A program made the position numbers and the translations under genes. From the NCBI GenBank assembly GCA_001661245.1, contig KV454014.1, positions 351,559-415,558 on the forward strand: a stretch of DNA of 64,000 bases, written 5' to 3'. The DNA comes from Pachysolen tannophilus NRRL Y-2460 (lineage: Eukaryota). Under the pieces are notes generated by a model, which was given only the letters and a program-made list of their open reading frames with translations, did not search any database and was not told the DNA's origin. This document shows positions 23,207-34,757 of this stretch, piece after piece; position 1 is the first letter of the stretch; the number at the start of each line of letters is the position of its first letter.

Positions 23207-24772
23207 ATGGCGCTGACAAATAGTCATAATAATTTAAACAATAAAATACCGTTGTCACATACTTTATGGTCTCCTTCAGATACTGTTAAAGATGTTGCTG
23301 AATCATTAGGTTTAAGTAATTTAAATGATGAAGTTGCCAAGAATTTGGCCATGGATGTAGAATATAGAATCCATGAGATACTAGAACAAGCAATCAAATT
23401 CATGAGACATTCCAAGAGAAAAACTTTAACTACACAGGATATTGATAGATCTTTAAAACTGTTGAATTTAGAACCATTATATGGTTACGACGCTACACGA
23501 CCTTTGGTTTTCAAAGAAGCTATAGTTGGTGCTGGTTCTAATTTATACTATATAGATGATGATGTTGTTCCTTTTGAAAAATTGATTAATCAACCATTAC
23601 CTAAGATTCCAAGGCATTGTACTTTTACTGCACACTGGTTAAGTATTGAAGGTATTCAACCTTCAATTCCTCAAAATCCTTTGGTAAGTGATATAAAGCA
23701 AATATCTCCATTTTTGAGAGGAAGTATGCAAAATTTAGCTATATTGAATAGTGATGAAGCCTCATCAACTGTAACGCAGCAACTGCAACAACTGCAACAA
23801 CAACAACAACAACAACTGCTGGATAATGGTGCGGTACAAAATGGGTTGAATCAAAATCTTAAAAATAACAAATCATCAAAGGATTTGGATGTTAAACCAT
23901 TGGTTAAACACGTTTTATCAAAAGAATTACAATTATATTTTGATAGAGTAATTGGTGCTTTAATGAATGAAAATTATGATGACCCACAAATGGAACATTT
24001 GAAAAGTGCCGCATTGAATTCTATTAGATCTGATCCAGGTTTACATCAATTAGTACCATATTTCATTCAATTCATAGCAGAAACAATAACAAATAATTTG
24101 AAAAATTTAGCAATCTTATCTACAATGCTAGAAGTGATTTATTCCTTATTGATGAATCAAACTATTTTCTTGGAACCCTATGTCCATGCTTTAATGCCTT
24201 GTATTTTAACTTTATTATTGGCTAAAAAAATTGGTGAAAATGCAAATATTGAACATTTTGCTACAAGAGATTTTGCATCTTCATTATTAGAACATATTGT
24301 TAAAAAATATGGATCTTCATTTTCAACTTTGAAACCAAGAATAACTAGAACTTTATTGAAAGCTTTCTTGGATACTAATAAACCAATTGGAACACAATAC
24401 GGTTCTATTATAGGTTTGAGATCTTTAGGTGATGAAGTTATAAGAATTGTAATGTTGGGGAACTTGAAAAATTGGGCAAATGTTGTATTAAATGATAAAG
24501 ATACTAAATTTAATAATGATGAAAGGAAAATTTTACTCGATTCAGTCTTAAATTCTCTTCGTGTTTTAAAAATAAATAAAGAAATTGGAAAAGAAGAAGA
24601 AGAAGATAAAGATAAAATGGAAGTTGAAGCTGAGGAAAATGAAGGCGTAGTCATTGATGACACATTGAAAAACAAGTTAAATCAAAGAATTGGAAATGAA
24701 TTAAGTCAAGAGATTTTAAAACAGGACGATGCTTTAGATATTGTCAAGGGAATATTCTTTGGTGAGTTATAG
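23207..24772 (+). CDS. TAF6: TFIID/SAGA subunit Taf6
   Basis: Histone fold (LAMDVEYRIHEI, KFMRHSKR), FTAHWL, KHVLSKELQLYF, DPGLHQLVPYF. Confidence 0.97.
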   Translation: MALTNSHNNLNNKIPLSHTLWSPSDTVKDVAESLGLSNLNDEVAKNLAMDVEYRIHEILEQAIKFMRHSKRKTLTTQDIDRSLKLLNLEPLYGYDATRPLVFKEAIVGAGSNLYYIDDDVVPFEKLINQPLPKIPRHCTFTAHWLSIEGIQPSIPQNPLVSDIKQISPFLRGSMQNLAILNSDEASSTVTQQLQQLQQQQQQQLLDNGAVQNGLNQNLKNNKSSKDLDVKPLVKHVLSKELQLYFDRVIGALMNENYDDPQMEHLKSAALNSIRSDPGLHQLVPYFIQFIAETITNNLKNLAILSTMLEVIYSLLMNQTIFLEPYVHALMPCILTLLLAKKIGENANIEHFATRDFASSLLEHIVKKYGSSFSTLKPRITRTLLKAFLDTNKPIGTQYGSIIGLRSLGDEVIRIVMLGNLKNWANVVLNDKDTKFNNDERKILLDSVLNSLRVLKINKEIGKEEEEDKDKMEVEAEENEGVVIDDTLKNKLNQRIGNELSQEILKQDDALDIVKGIFFGEL

Positions 24773-24896
24773 TTACGGACAAATAAAAAGATAAATTTAA
24801 TTCAATTTAATTTAAAAAAAAGAAAAAAGAAAAAGTTTCATTGTTTTTCAAAACATTTAATCAATATATATATATAATTAATTATATACTTGTAAA

Positions 24897-26573
24897 TTAT
24901 TTCAAATTTTTCAAATCAACTTCTTTGCTAATAGTTAGAATATGATCGTATAAAGGTGTAGTTAAAAATTCGCTTAATGGAGATTCACCACTAATTTCTT
25001 TCTTTAATAAATCAGCAGCGATTGCATATTTATTATTTGATCTAGATTTTCCCAATTCTGCAACTTCTTCATCAATATATTTATTGATTAATGCAGCAGT
25101 AACAGTTTCACCGGAATCCTCCAATTTTACATGATGTTTTGCCCATGACCACAATTGTAATCTTGAAACTTCAGCCGTGGCAGCATCTTCCATCAAGTTA
25201 TTAATTGGAACACATCCAGAACCTTGTAACCAGGCCTCCATATAATTTAAACCAATATATAAATTAATTTTAATTCCATCAGTAGTGATTTTCCCACCAG
25301 GTATCCTTGTATCAACCAATTCTTCTTCTGTAATATCTGGTGTCAGTGGAATATAATGAATTTGGTTTGGTGTTGGCATATGTTTATTGAAAACTGAATT
25401 TGCAATTGGAGCTAAAGCTGGATGAGCTACCCAAGTTCCATCATGTCCTGCTAAAGCTTCTCTTAATTTATCTGCCTCAACATTTGCCATTGCTTGATCA
25501 TTTTTAACTTTATCAGTCTTGATTGGTATTTGAGCTGCCATACCACCCATAGCATGAACACCTCTCTTGTGACAAATTTTGATCAATCTTTTAACATAAT
25601 TTGACATAAATGTAACTTTCATTGTAACTTGACCTCTATCAGGTAAAATATGATTTGGATCATTTCTAAAACGTTTAATTGTAGAAAATATATAATCCCA
25701 TCTACCACAGTTCAAACCTGCAGAATGATCTCTTAATTGGTACAAGATTTCATCCATTTGATAAGAAGCTGGAATTGTCTCAATTAAAACTGTTGCACTT
25801 ATTGTACCTCTTGGAATTGCAATACAATCTTGAGCAACATTAAAAATATCATTCCATAATTTTGCTTCCAAATGATGTTCCATTTTTGGTAAATAAAAAT
25901 ATGGACCTGTCCCATTTTTAACCAATTCTTTTGCATTATGGAAAAAATATAATCCAAAATCTAAAATTGATGCTGAAATTGGTTCATCATCAATTAAAAT
26001 ATGTTTATCAACCATATGCCAACCTCTAGGTCTAACAATTAAAGTTGGTACATGTCTACCATTTTCTTTATTAACTTTATAAGATTTACCAGTACTTTCT
26101 AAAGTAAAATCAACTTGTGATCTAATGGCATCATATAAATTAACTTGTCCATAAATCATATTTTCCCATGTTGGAGAACAAGAATCTTCAAAATCAGTCA
26201 TATATGTCAATACATTAGTATTTAATGCATTAACAATCATCTTTCTTTCTGGAGGACCAGTAATTTCCGATCTTCTATCTACCAACCCTGGAGCTGGGGG
26301 CTTACATTTCCAAGTCAAATCCTCTCTAATATACAGAGTCTCTGGTAAGAAAGAAAGTTTACCGCCATTATCTAACCGTTCTTGAATCAATTGTCGATTT
26401 GCCAATAATTGTTTTCTTGTACCATTAAATGACCTATGCAACAAAGTAACAAATTTTACCGCATCCTTAGTTAAAATATCAGCTGGAGTAGTGCTAGAAC
26501 TTGAATACCTTGGCAGATTATCAATTTCACCCAAGATCTTAACACCATCTAATGAACCATAAGTTAAAGTCAT
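24897..26573 (-). CDS. MLS1: Malate synthase (glyoxylate cycle)
   Basis: [51 protein letters not shown]. Confidence 0.97.
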   Translation of the reverse strand: MTLTYGSLDGVKILGEIDNLPRYSSSSTTPADILTKDAVKFVTLLHRSFNGTRKQLLANRQLIQERLDNGGKLSFLPETLYIREDLTWKCKPPAPGLVDRRSEITGPPERKMIVNALNTNVLTYMTDFEDSCSPTWENMIYGQVNLYDAIRSQVDFTLESTGKSYKVNKENGRHVPTLIVRPRGWHMVDKHILIDDEPISASILDFGLYFFHNAKELVKNGTGPYFYLPKMEHHLEAKLWNDIFNVAQDCIAIPRGTISATVLIETIPASYQMDEILYQLRDHSAGLNCGRWDYIFSTIKRFRNDPNHILPDRGQVTMKVTFMSNYVKRLIKICHKRGVHAMGGMAAQIPIKTDKVKNDQAMANVEADKLREALAGHDGTWVAHPALAPIANSVFNKHMPTPNQIHYIPLTPDITEEELVDTRIPGGKITTDGIKINLYIGLNYMEAWLQGSGCVPINNLMEDAATAEVSRLQLWSWAKHHVKLEDSGETVTAALINKYIDEEVAELGKSRSNNKYAIAADLLKKEISGESPLSEFLTTPLYDHILTISKEVDLKNLK

Positions 26574-26811
26574 ATTATATCCTCTTTTCTTATCTTCGAA
26601 AAAAAAAAAAAAAAAAATTGATATATGATATTTGTTAAATCAAAGACGAGAGGAAAATAAAAAGAAAAAAATAAAAAGAGAACACCAATTGGTTTATATA
26701 TATATATATATGATTTGTTCATTCATATTATCATTTCCTTATTGTGATTGTACAATGATAGCTGCTCATTCACATGTACTGCGATGTGTGTATCTTACGC
26801 ATCTTACCTGG

Positions 26812-26841
26812 CGGTTTAACGGAGAAATCCGGTGGGATGGG
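26812..26841. promoter_or_regulatory. Carbon source-responsive elements (CSRE, Cat8/Sip4) in the MLS1 promoter
   Basis: CGGTTTAACGGA (26812-26823) fits CGGNYNAAYGGR exactly. An adjacent degenerate copy CGGTGGGATGGG lies at 26830-26841. Confidence 0.65.
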
Positions 26842-27495
26842 CCAAAATTCCCACCAAATATTTAAAATAAAAAGAAGGAGTGGGAGAATACCCGCCAAAT
26901 TCTTCCGCCCAGCCTGCCTGCTGCTCCGCCTAACCTGCCCACCCAGACTTCCCTGTTTAAATCGCCCGAGCAAGCTACCCGCAGAGCCTTCTGTTTTTGC
27001 TTGCTGTTTCCGCCCGATTTTCCTTTTTTCCCCCAGAAAAATTCAAAGGAGGATTTTAAAAATCAATATTGCAAACATTCTCCGTATCCCCATTACTATT
27101 AAAACTATTAGAACCTATTAGAACAAAGCGTGGGATCAAGGAAGGAGAAAAGAAAAATATGTTATGTAAACGTGGGATCTTAATTTTTTTTTTAAGTCCC
27201 AAAACTGGGGCGGAACTGGTTCTTTATTTTTTGGTGTGTGTTCCTTGAGCCGCTCCCGTTTGGTTTGTGTTACCATTTTTGTGTCTTTATAGAAAAAAAA
27301 AACAACAACAACAACAACAAGGGCGGAAAAAATAAAAAACAAAAAGTCTGTGAACAGCCCCGATTGGATAGGTAGAACCTCCCCCAGTAGAAACTAGCTG
27401 GCAAAAAAACCAGATACGGAATCTTAAAAGTATGAACTACGGACATATTGAATAATCTAAGAAGTATTAGGTGATTGAATAGAATTGAAGATATC

Positions 27496-27900
27496 ATGAA
27501 GAAATTTTTCCATATAGGCTCATCAAATAAACATACAAACGAAGGTCATAATTTAAACAATCCTGCACCGAGAAAGATAAAAACGACGGGTGGTGGTGGA
27601 ACCGGAACTAGTAATGCTAGTGGTAAACCTTTAGCAAAACCTTTGGTAAAACCAAAAGCAGTAGTTTCTTCAAAAGGTGGTAGGACACTAGGTGATGGGC
27701 TGCCGCCACTGCTGCTGCTGCTGCTGTCAGCGAAGGATACTTCTCTGGGTGGTGGTTCGGCAGTTGCAGAGCAACCTCACCCAAAGACAGCAGCAGCAAT
27801 GGCTGCTGAACTGAGATTGAAGAATCAAAGTGCAAAAAATGGAGAATTGGGTAAGAAATTAGAGAAAAGGAATAAAGAATTTAAAAAAAATTCACTTTAG
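27496..27900 (+). CDS. Small hydrophilic YGL108C-like protein
   Basis: GRTLG, AAAMAAE[CTG=A]R and GELGKKL motifs as recalled for YGL108C-type proteins; near SLD3/TAF6/RMD9. First ATG at 27496. Confidence 0.6.
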   Translation: MKKFFHIGSSNKHTNEGHNLNNPAPRKIKTTGGGGTGTSNASGKPLAKPLVKPKAVVSSKGGRTLGDGLPPLLLLLLSAKDTSLGGGSAVAEQPHPKTAAAMAAELRLKNQSAKNGELGKKLEKRNKEFKKNSL

Positions 27901-28211
27901 ATTAATTTATAGCTCTAATCATACCCAAAAACATAACTTGGATGTTGGCCCTTTTTGGCTTTTTGGCTTGTTGGCTTTTTTTTTTCTATTTTCTAATGTA
28001 TATATGAGGTTGAAATAATTACGGTTATATATGTATGTATGTGTGTATGTACATATGTATACAATGCATTTTTTTATTTTATTTAATTTTTTTTTTTTTT
28101 GGCTTGGTGAAATGGTATGAATGGTATATATCCTTCAATAGAAGTACGGGATTTATACATAAAACAAACGATAATCAACATTTGTAGAATTAAAGAAAAA
28201 AAAATAAACTG

Positions 28212-28260
<49 letters not shown>

Positions 28261-28728
28261 NNNNNNNNNNNNNNNNNNNNNNNNNNNNNNNNNNNNNNNN
28301 NNNNNNNNNNNNNNNNNNNNNNNNNNNNNNNNNNNNNNNNNNNNNNNNNNNNNNNNNNNNNNNNNNNNNNNNNNNNNNNNNNNNNNNNNNNNNNNNNNNN
28401 NNNNNNNNNNNNNNNNNNNNNNNNNNNNNNNNNNNNNNNNNNNNNNNNNNNNNNNNNNNNNNNNNNNNNNNNNNNNNNNNNNNNNNNNNNNNNNNNNNNN
28501 NNNNNNNNNNNNNNNNNNNNNNNNNNNNNNNNNNNNNNNNNNNNNNNNNNNNNNNNNNNNNNNNNNNNNNNNNNNNNNNNNNNNNNNNNNNNNNNNNNNN
28601 NNNNNNNNNNNNNNNNNNNNNNNNNNNNNNNNNNNNNNNNNNNNNNNNNNNNNNNNNNNNNNNNNNNNNNNNNNNNNNNNNNNNNNNNNNNNNNNNNNNN
28701 NNNNNNNNNNNNNNNNNNNNNNNNNNNN
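28261..28728. other. Assembly gap (N run)
   Basis: N characters flanked by poly-A/poly-G on the left and poly-T on the right. Confidence 1.
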
Positions 28729-29369
28729 TTTTTTATTTTTATTTTTTTTTTTTTGAAAATTTTTTTTTTTCACTTTTTAGTATTCTTTTTGTTGTGCAAA
28801 GTAAAAATATTTCATCTCTTTACTTTCTTCTAAAAATAGCGAACCAGTCAGGAGTAATTCGTTTCATTATGTCTATACCCCTTCTTTCGACATAGTCAAT
28901 AATAAACATGAATCAAGCGGAAACGTGTTAATGTTAAAAGAAAAAAAATTAAGAAATAAAAATAAAAATAAAACACCCTTTTTGTATATACAATTGATAT
29001 TATTCCGCTTTTTAATCCCCTGTAGCTTTTTATTGGAAAAAAAATTAAAAAAAAAAAAAGAAAAAGAAAAAAGCGAAAACAATCTATAAGGTCTTTTCAT
29101 TTTGCTTTTTTCCTTTCCTTGGTTTATTTTGGTGTTTTAAATAGCAAGCCTTTTTTTTTTTCAACTTTTAATTTCAAATTTTTTTTCTTTTTTCTTTTCC
29201 TTTTTTTAACTTTTTTCTTTTTTTTTTGTTCTTTTTTTTTATTATTATCATTATTCTTGTTTTTGCTAAACTCTTCATCAAATCATCATAATACTTCAAA
29301 CTCAATATCTAGTAAATATGCATGGACAAACTGTAAAAAAAAAAAAAAAAAAAACACAATAGTTGTAAC

Positions 29370-30262
29370 TTATTTCTTTGAAGAAAAATATTCCCAGTAA
29401 ATTGATCTTAATAAATATTCATCGTCATTCAACTTCTTACTTTCTGCATTTTCACATTTGGATAAAGATTCAATAACTAGCTTTAAATTACCATCGCTTA
29501 AACTTTTAACTCTTGAAAAATTGGAAATGACATTTAATGAAATGTATCCTTCTTCATTCATTTGACTTCTAAGATACATATCCTTAATCAAATTTTCCTT
29601 TGAAAAATAATAATCAATTTGATGAGATAATTGTGTTAACTGATCAGATTTTCTAGTAGCAGGTATTGTAGTAGTTGTACTTGCATTACTATTGTTTCTC
29701 TTTGTAGTACCACCATTGTTAGCAATAGTTTCCTCACCTCCAACAAAATATGGAGCAGGTGCAGGTGGTCCCATAGGGTAGAATGGAGTTTGAGGAATTG
29801 CAGTTACCGGATAATAGTCCATGAATGGTTGTTGACCTGGAATAAAAGGTTCAGCATTATTTTTGAAATTTGGAGAGTTGAGGATTTTTGGAGATGGTGA
29901 TGGTGATGGTGAAGATTCATCTGTAACGGATGTAGTTGATGAAGAATAACTATTATGAACACCATTGCTCTTACTTCCATGTTTACCCCCATATCTGGTG
30001 CCCGCTCCAGCATTGTTCATATAGCCGCCAAAATATGGTGGGAAAAATGGTTGGTAATAAGGTGGTGGTGGGAAAAATGCACCTGGCATCATTTGTGGAA
30101 TAAAAGGTTGTTGAGCATACGGAGAAAATCCATTTTGAGATGCTCTTCTATTTTTACCATTCGGATTATAGTAACCACTTTTACTATTTTTCCTTACATT
30201 ACCATTACCCATATTGTTATTCGAATATCCATTCAACTTTTGTTGTTGTGACAGTGTTTGTT

Positions 30263-30293
<31 letters not shown>

Positions 30294-31595
30294 CAGTTGT
30301 TGCTGATGATGTATTTGCATTTGGATTTGCAGTTGCTGCAGTTGCTGCAGTTGTTGCATTTGCAGCTGTTGCTGGAACTGTAGCTGCTGTTCAAGCAATG
30401 GAGCATGGAGTTGCTGTTGTTGCAATTCATCTAAATTATCATCTGATGATACCAATAGTTTATGTTTTTGTAATACTCCATCTTTTTCATTTTCTATTTC
30501 ATTTGGTGCAATTCCATCAATATGATCTTTGTTATACAAATTCCCATCTATTTTATCATTGTTTGTTTCTGGTTGTAATTCAACCCCTCCTTTATTTTCC
30601 AAACCAACATTTTGAACTGCTATTGTAATTTCTTCAACACTTCTATCTGAATGTGATTTATTTTCTAAAGTTGCATCTTTTGGAGCATTTGCAACGGCTG
30701 ATGTGTTTGATGCAGTTGATGCATTTGTAGTTTTATTTGTATTTGTATTTGTATTTGTATTTGTATTTGCCCCCAGGTGTGGGGTTCTTTCCTCACCATC
30801 TTGTTTCCCACTATTATTAGCCGAATCATTTTTGGTCTTATTCCTTCTATTTCTCCTACTCTTATTATTATTATTATTACTGTTTTCATTATTATTCTGG
30901 GATGAGCCTTGCTCTTTGTTATTATTATTATTACTTTCACCATTTTTCTTTTTTTTATTTTTGGATTTTTTATTTTTATTATTATTATTATTATTACTTC
31001 CATTACCTTTCTTAGTAGACGATGAAGATTTACTATCAACAATAATAGTAGCATCATAAGGAACCCATTTTTCCTTACCAGTAGCTTTAATCTTATGCGA
31101 TGTTGATGAAGAACTTGAAGGTATGCCTGTATTATTCGAATTATTAGTAGCAGTTGCAGCAGCCGAAGCAGCAGCTGTGGAAGTAGTGGCAGCCATAGCT
31201 CCAGAATCACCATTTTTCGTTACTAAAGATTGACCATTGTTATTATTATTATTAGAAGGCTTGACATTCTCCTTAGAATTTTCTGACGATTTTTCAGGAG
31301 TTGGCCACTGATCTGATCTAACCAGTTTCTTTTGACCTGTCTGCAATTGTTGTAACTTCCTTTGAGTCCAAGGATTAACATCAGGCAGTCTTGCCGGTAA
31401 TAATGTAGTTTTCTTTGCTTGAGCAGAAGCATTTGAAGAAGCTATTGAAGCTGGTGGGGTGGTGGGCGTAGTCGATGATGAAGGAACATTGGAGTTGGTA
31501 TTGGTATTGGCATTGGTATTGGTGTTGGTGTTGGCATTGACATTGACATTGGATACAGAAGACCCATTACCACTATTCTCTATTGATGATGACAT
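29370..31595 (-). CDS. SRO9: La-motif RNA-binding protein (Sro9/Slf1, LARP1-like)
   Basis: LPARLPDVNPW, KEKWVP, C-terminal La motif QIDYYFSKENLIKDMYLRSQMNEEGYISL..ISNFSRV. First ATG at 31595. Confidence 0.88.
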
Positions 31596-32674
31596 TACCA
31601 ATGATGATGATGATGATGCCCAAAACGAAAATCAAATTAATGAAAAAGAAAATTAGTAATAAAAAAAATAAAATAAAAAAAAAATTTAAATAGTAATAAA
31701 AATAAAAAGAAAAAAATTTTTTCTCTCTCTCTGTTTCTATGAAAAATCAAAAATCAAAAAAAAAAAAAAAGTTTGTCGAAATGAGTATGATTCAAACTAA
31801 AATGAATTGGAAACTCTTAAAAACCTTTTTATAAAATAGATAAATGAAATAGCTTCCTTGGATTAAGCAAAAAGACAAATAACAACCAAAAACCAAATAT
31901 TGAAAGAAATAAATATAATAAAAAAATAAAAAATAAAAAATTAAAAAAAGTTACTTTGTGTTATAATAATAATAAAAAAAAAAATGAACTGATAGAACTT
32001 ATAATAATAAAAGTTATTATAAAAATTACTTGTGCCTATAATTAAGTAAGTGCAATAAAATTTATAAATTTATAATGATTTATTGGTTTATGGATGGCAA
32101 AGTATTGGCAATAGATTAATAACTGTGATGGATGAAAAAAAAAAAAAATTAATAATTCTATAATTGATCTAGTTCCCTCCTGATACTGAATCAATTAATT
32201 AATAACAATGTAATAACTTTCGCCTTTTCTTTTATTTTTTTTTTTTTTTTTGTAAATCGATGTTATTTCTTGATTTTAATTTTGCCTTCTTAATAAAAAT
32301 AAAACAAAACAAAAAAACAAAATAAAACAAGATAAAAAGAAGAATAAAAAGAAAAAAATTACTAATTAATAGTTAATTAATCTTTTTTTATTTTATTAAT
32401 ATCCAAAGAAAGATATAACTCTCTCCTATTGATTAAAAAAAAAATATTGTATTATTAGTTATTACTTTATATATATATATATTTAAATACGACAAGTATT
32501 TTGTTGTGTTTTAATTTTCTTGTTTGTTAAAGAAAAAAGAGAAAAAATTTTTTCCAAACACAAAGATGATTTTTCGGTCAATTAAGAAATACTAAGAAAT
32601 ACATATTTTAACCATACTAATAATAATTTATATAGAACTAATAATATATATTATAATAGATATATATATGAATA

Positions 32675-32711
<37 letters not shown>

Positions 32712-32813
32712 AGTAAAGATTTTACTATATTATTCTCTAATTAAAGACATTTCATTCACTTTTCTTTTCTTTTCTTTCCTTTTCATTTCATTTCTTTTCT
32801 TCAAATCTCTTAC

Positions 32814-34757
32814 TTAGTGTTTTTTATGTCTTGTTGTATTTTCGTATTCACATTTTTCCCAAAATTCAACATTATTATTGATATTATCCACTAAAAATTG
32901 TAATTCTGGTAAAAAATTAGCCATTTTTTCGAAAAAAATTAATGCAAATTGATTTATAAAATATAATTGTCCCTTTGATAATGCTGGCATGATTTTTGAA
33001 GCTTCTTCTGGGGTAATTTTTTGTAATTGTACAATATCCAGCACTTGATCTTGTGCTGAAACTGGTATTGGTATTTGTAATTGTAATGGAACTTGATTAT
33101 GATTTTTTTGTTGTTTCTTCAATAGTAAGAATTTTTCAAGTGATGCAACTTCACCCATTTCATTAGTTAATGATACCCCCCATCTTGCAGAAACTAATAA
33201 TGGCCGACATACATTTGAAATATCTGCACATTTAATTAATAATGAACATAACAAAAGACGAATTGTAGTTACTTCATCTTTATCGAAATTGCACCATACT
33301 TGATCTTGTTCTTCTTGTAAATTATTGTTATTGTTATTGTTATTGTTATTGTTATTGTTATTATTATCATTTTCTTTACCTTCTGTCGGCACCCTTTGCC
33401 TATATTTCATTAATCGATCAATTTTTTCAATATAACTGAAATGATTCATCATATCTGTTGATAATATGCTTAATTCAACAATTTCTTGTCCATTTTCAAT
33501 AATATTATTTTCAAATAAAAATGAACAAAAATTTATCAATATAGATCTAAATTGTGTAAAATGAAATTTTTCTAAAATTGATTGATTATTAAAATGTTGA
33601 GCTATAGGTGTTTTAAATTCCAGTAAAAATGTATTCGTTAATCCAGGATGTCCAATATCATGACCTAAACATGCAACTAAAAGCAGTAATGTATAAACTG
33701 GTGTCAAGAAAACTCCTGATACTCTCAGAGTTGTTTCATTTTTCGGTATTGATCTTTTATTACCATCTCTTGGAGGTATACAATCCAAACTAAGTAAAAT
33801 ATAAAAAGCCAGTTGTAATACATCTATTGCATGTCTAAAATTATGGAAAGCATTACCCATTCTATAATTATCTCTCACAGTAAATAAAAAACACAAGAGT
33901 TCATTTTTATTATGCCATTTTGTTTTTGAAAAAAAATTTTTTTCCTTATTATTCCCATTAATTAAATTATTATTATTATTATTCTTATCATCACAATTAT
34001 GAACTGCTATTTCAAGCATTAAACAAGCACAATAAAGTAATTCATCATATGATAATGAATGTGATTTAAATTCCCATTCATATATCAAATCAAGATAATA
34101 ATCAGTATTATGATTTAAATTTAATAATTTAAAATAATCTATTTCTTTTACAAGTAATTTTTTAAATTTTTCATTTTTAATTATTGGAGTTTCAATATCA
34201 CCAAGCATTGAAGGTAAATTATTATTATTATTATTATTATCATTATTATCAAATAAAATTTCATTTTTTAAACCAATCCATGATAATGTTCTACTAAATT
34301 TTGAACTCCATAATTCTAAATAAGAAATTAATTCATTAGCAGTTGGTAATTTAATAATTTTTATATCATCATAAACTTGAATTATTATATTCAAATGACG
34401 GAAATATTCATTTATCAATTCTATTAATTCATCAGTTAAAAGTCCATCTAATGAATCTTTCTCATAACAATCCATAAACCCACGATCTTTTCTAATAAAT
34501 AATAATATAGGATGATCTAATTCTAATTCCATCAAATTCACTTCATCATAATTACTAGTATTTGGATACCTATTTTTCAATATTAAATATTCAATCAAAT
34601 CATGAATAGAATAAAAATAAGCTGATATAAAATTTACCTCATCATTCGGAAAAATTAAATTTAAATCTCCTTCCACTTTCTGTCCAACATTATCTCTATC
34701 ACCATCTCGAAACTTGTCCAAAATAAGATACTCTATCATCCTGCTTGATCTATTCAT
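32814..34757 (-). CDS. PDE2: High-affinity class I cAMP phosphodiesterase
   Basis: FHNFRHAIDVLQ, GHDIGHPGLTN, ILSTDM, LIKCADISNVCRP, GQLYFI. Confidence 0.93.
   Translation of the reverse strand: MNRSSRMIEYLILDKFRDGDRDNVGQKVEGDLNLIFPNDEVNFISAYFYSIHDLIEYLILKNRYPNTSNYDEVNLMELELDHPILLFIRKDRGFMDCYEKDSLDGLLTDELIELINEYFRHLNIIIQVYDDIKIIKLPTANELISYLELWSSKFSRTLSWIGLKNEILFDNNDNNNNNNNLPSMLGDIETPIIKNEKFKKLLVKEIDYFKLLNLNHNTDYYLDLIYEWEFKSHSLSYDELLYCACLMLEIAVHNCDDKNNNNNNLINGNNKEKNFFSKTKWHNKNELLCFLFTVRDNYRMGNAFHNFRHAIDVLQLAFYILLSLDCIPPRDGNKRSIPKNETTLRVSGVFLTPVYTLLLLVACLGHDIGHPGLTNTFLLEFKTPIAQHFNNQSILEKFHFTQFRSILINFCSFLFENNIIENGQEIVELSILSTDMMNHFSYIEKIDRLMKYRQRVPTEGKENDNNNNNNNNNNNNNNNLQEEQDQVWCNFDKDEVTTIRLLLCSLLIKCADISNVCRPLLVSARWGVSLTNEMGEVASLEKFLLLKKQQKNHNQVPLQLQIPIPVSAQDQVLDIVQLQKITPEEASKIMPALSKGQLYFINQFALIFFEKMANFLPELQFLVDNINNNVEFWEKCEYENTTRHKKH

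Noticed and set aside
26632..27497. Several short ORFs between MLS1 and the YGL108C-like gene
   Set aside because: Fall in a GC-richer promoter island, are low-complexity and show no family motifs.
28153..28773. ORFs containing X runs (also 39048-39581 and 39097-39555)
   Set aside because: Artefacts of reading through N gaps.
29804..31656. Many overlapping short ORFs within SRO9, and similar ones antisense to VTS1, TAF6, ATG26 and PXL1
   Set aside because: Alternative-frame or antisense shadows of trinucleotide-repeat-rich coding sequence, with no recognisable domains.
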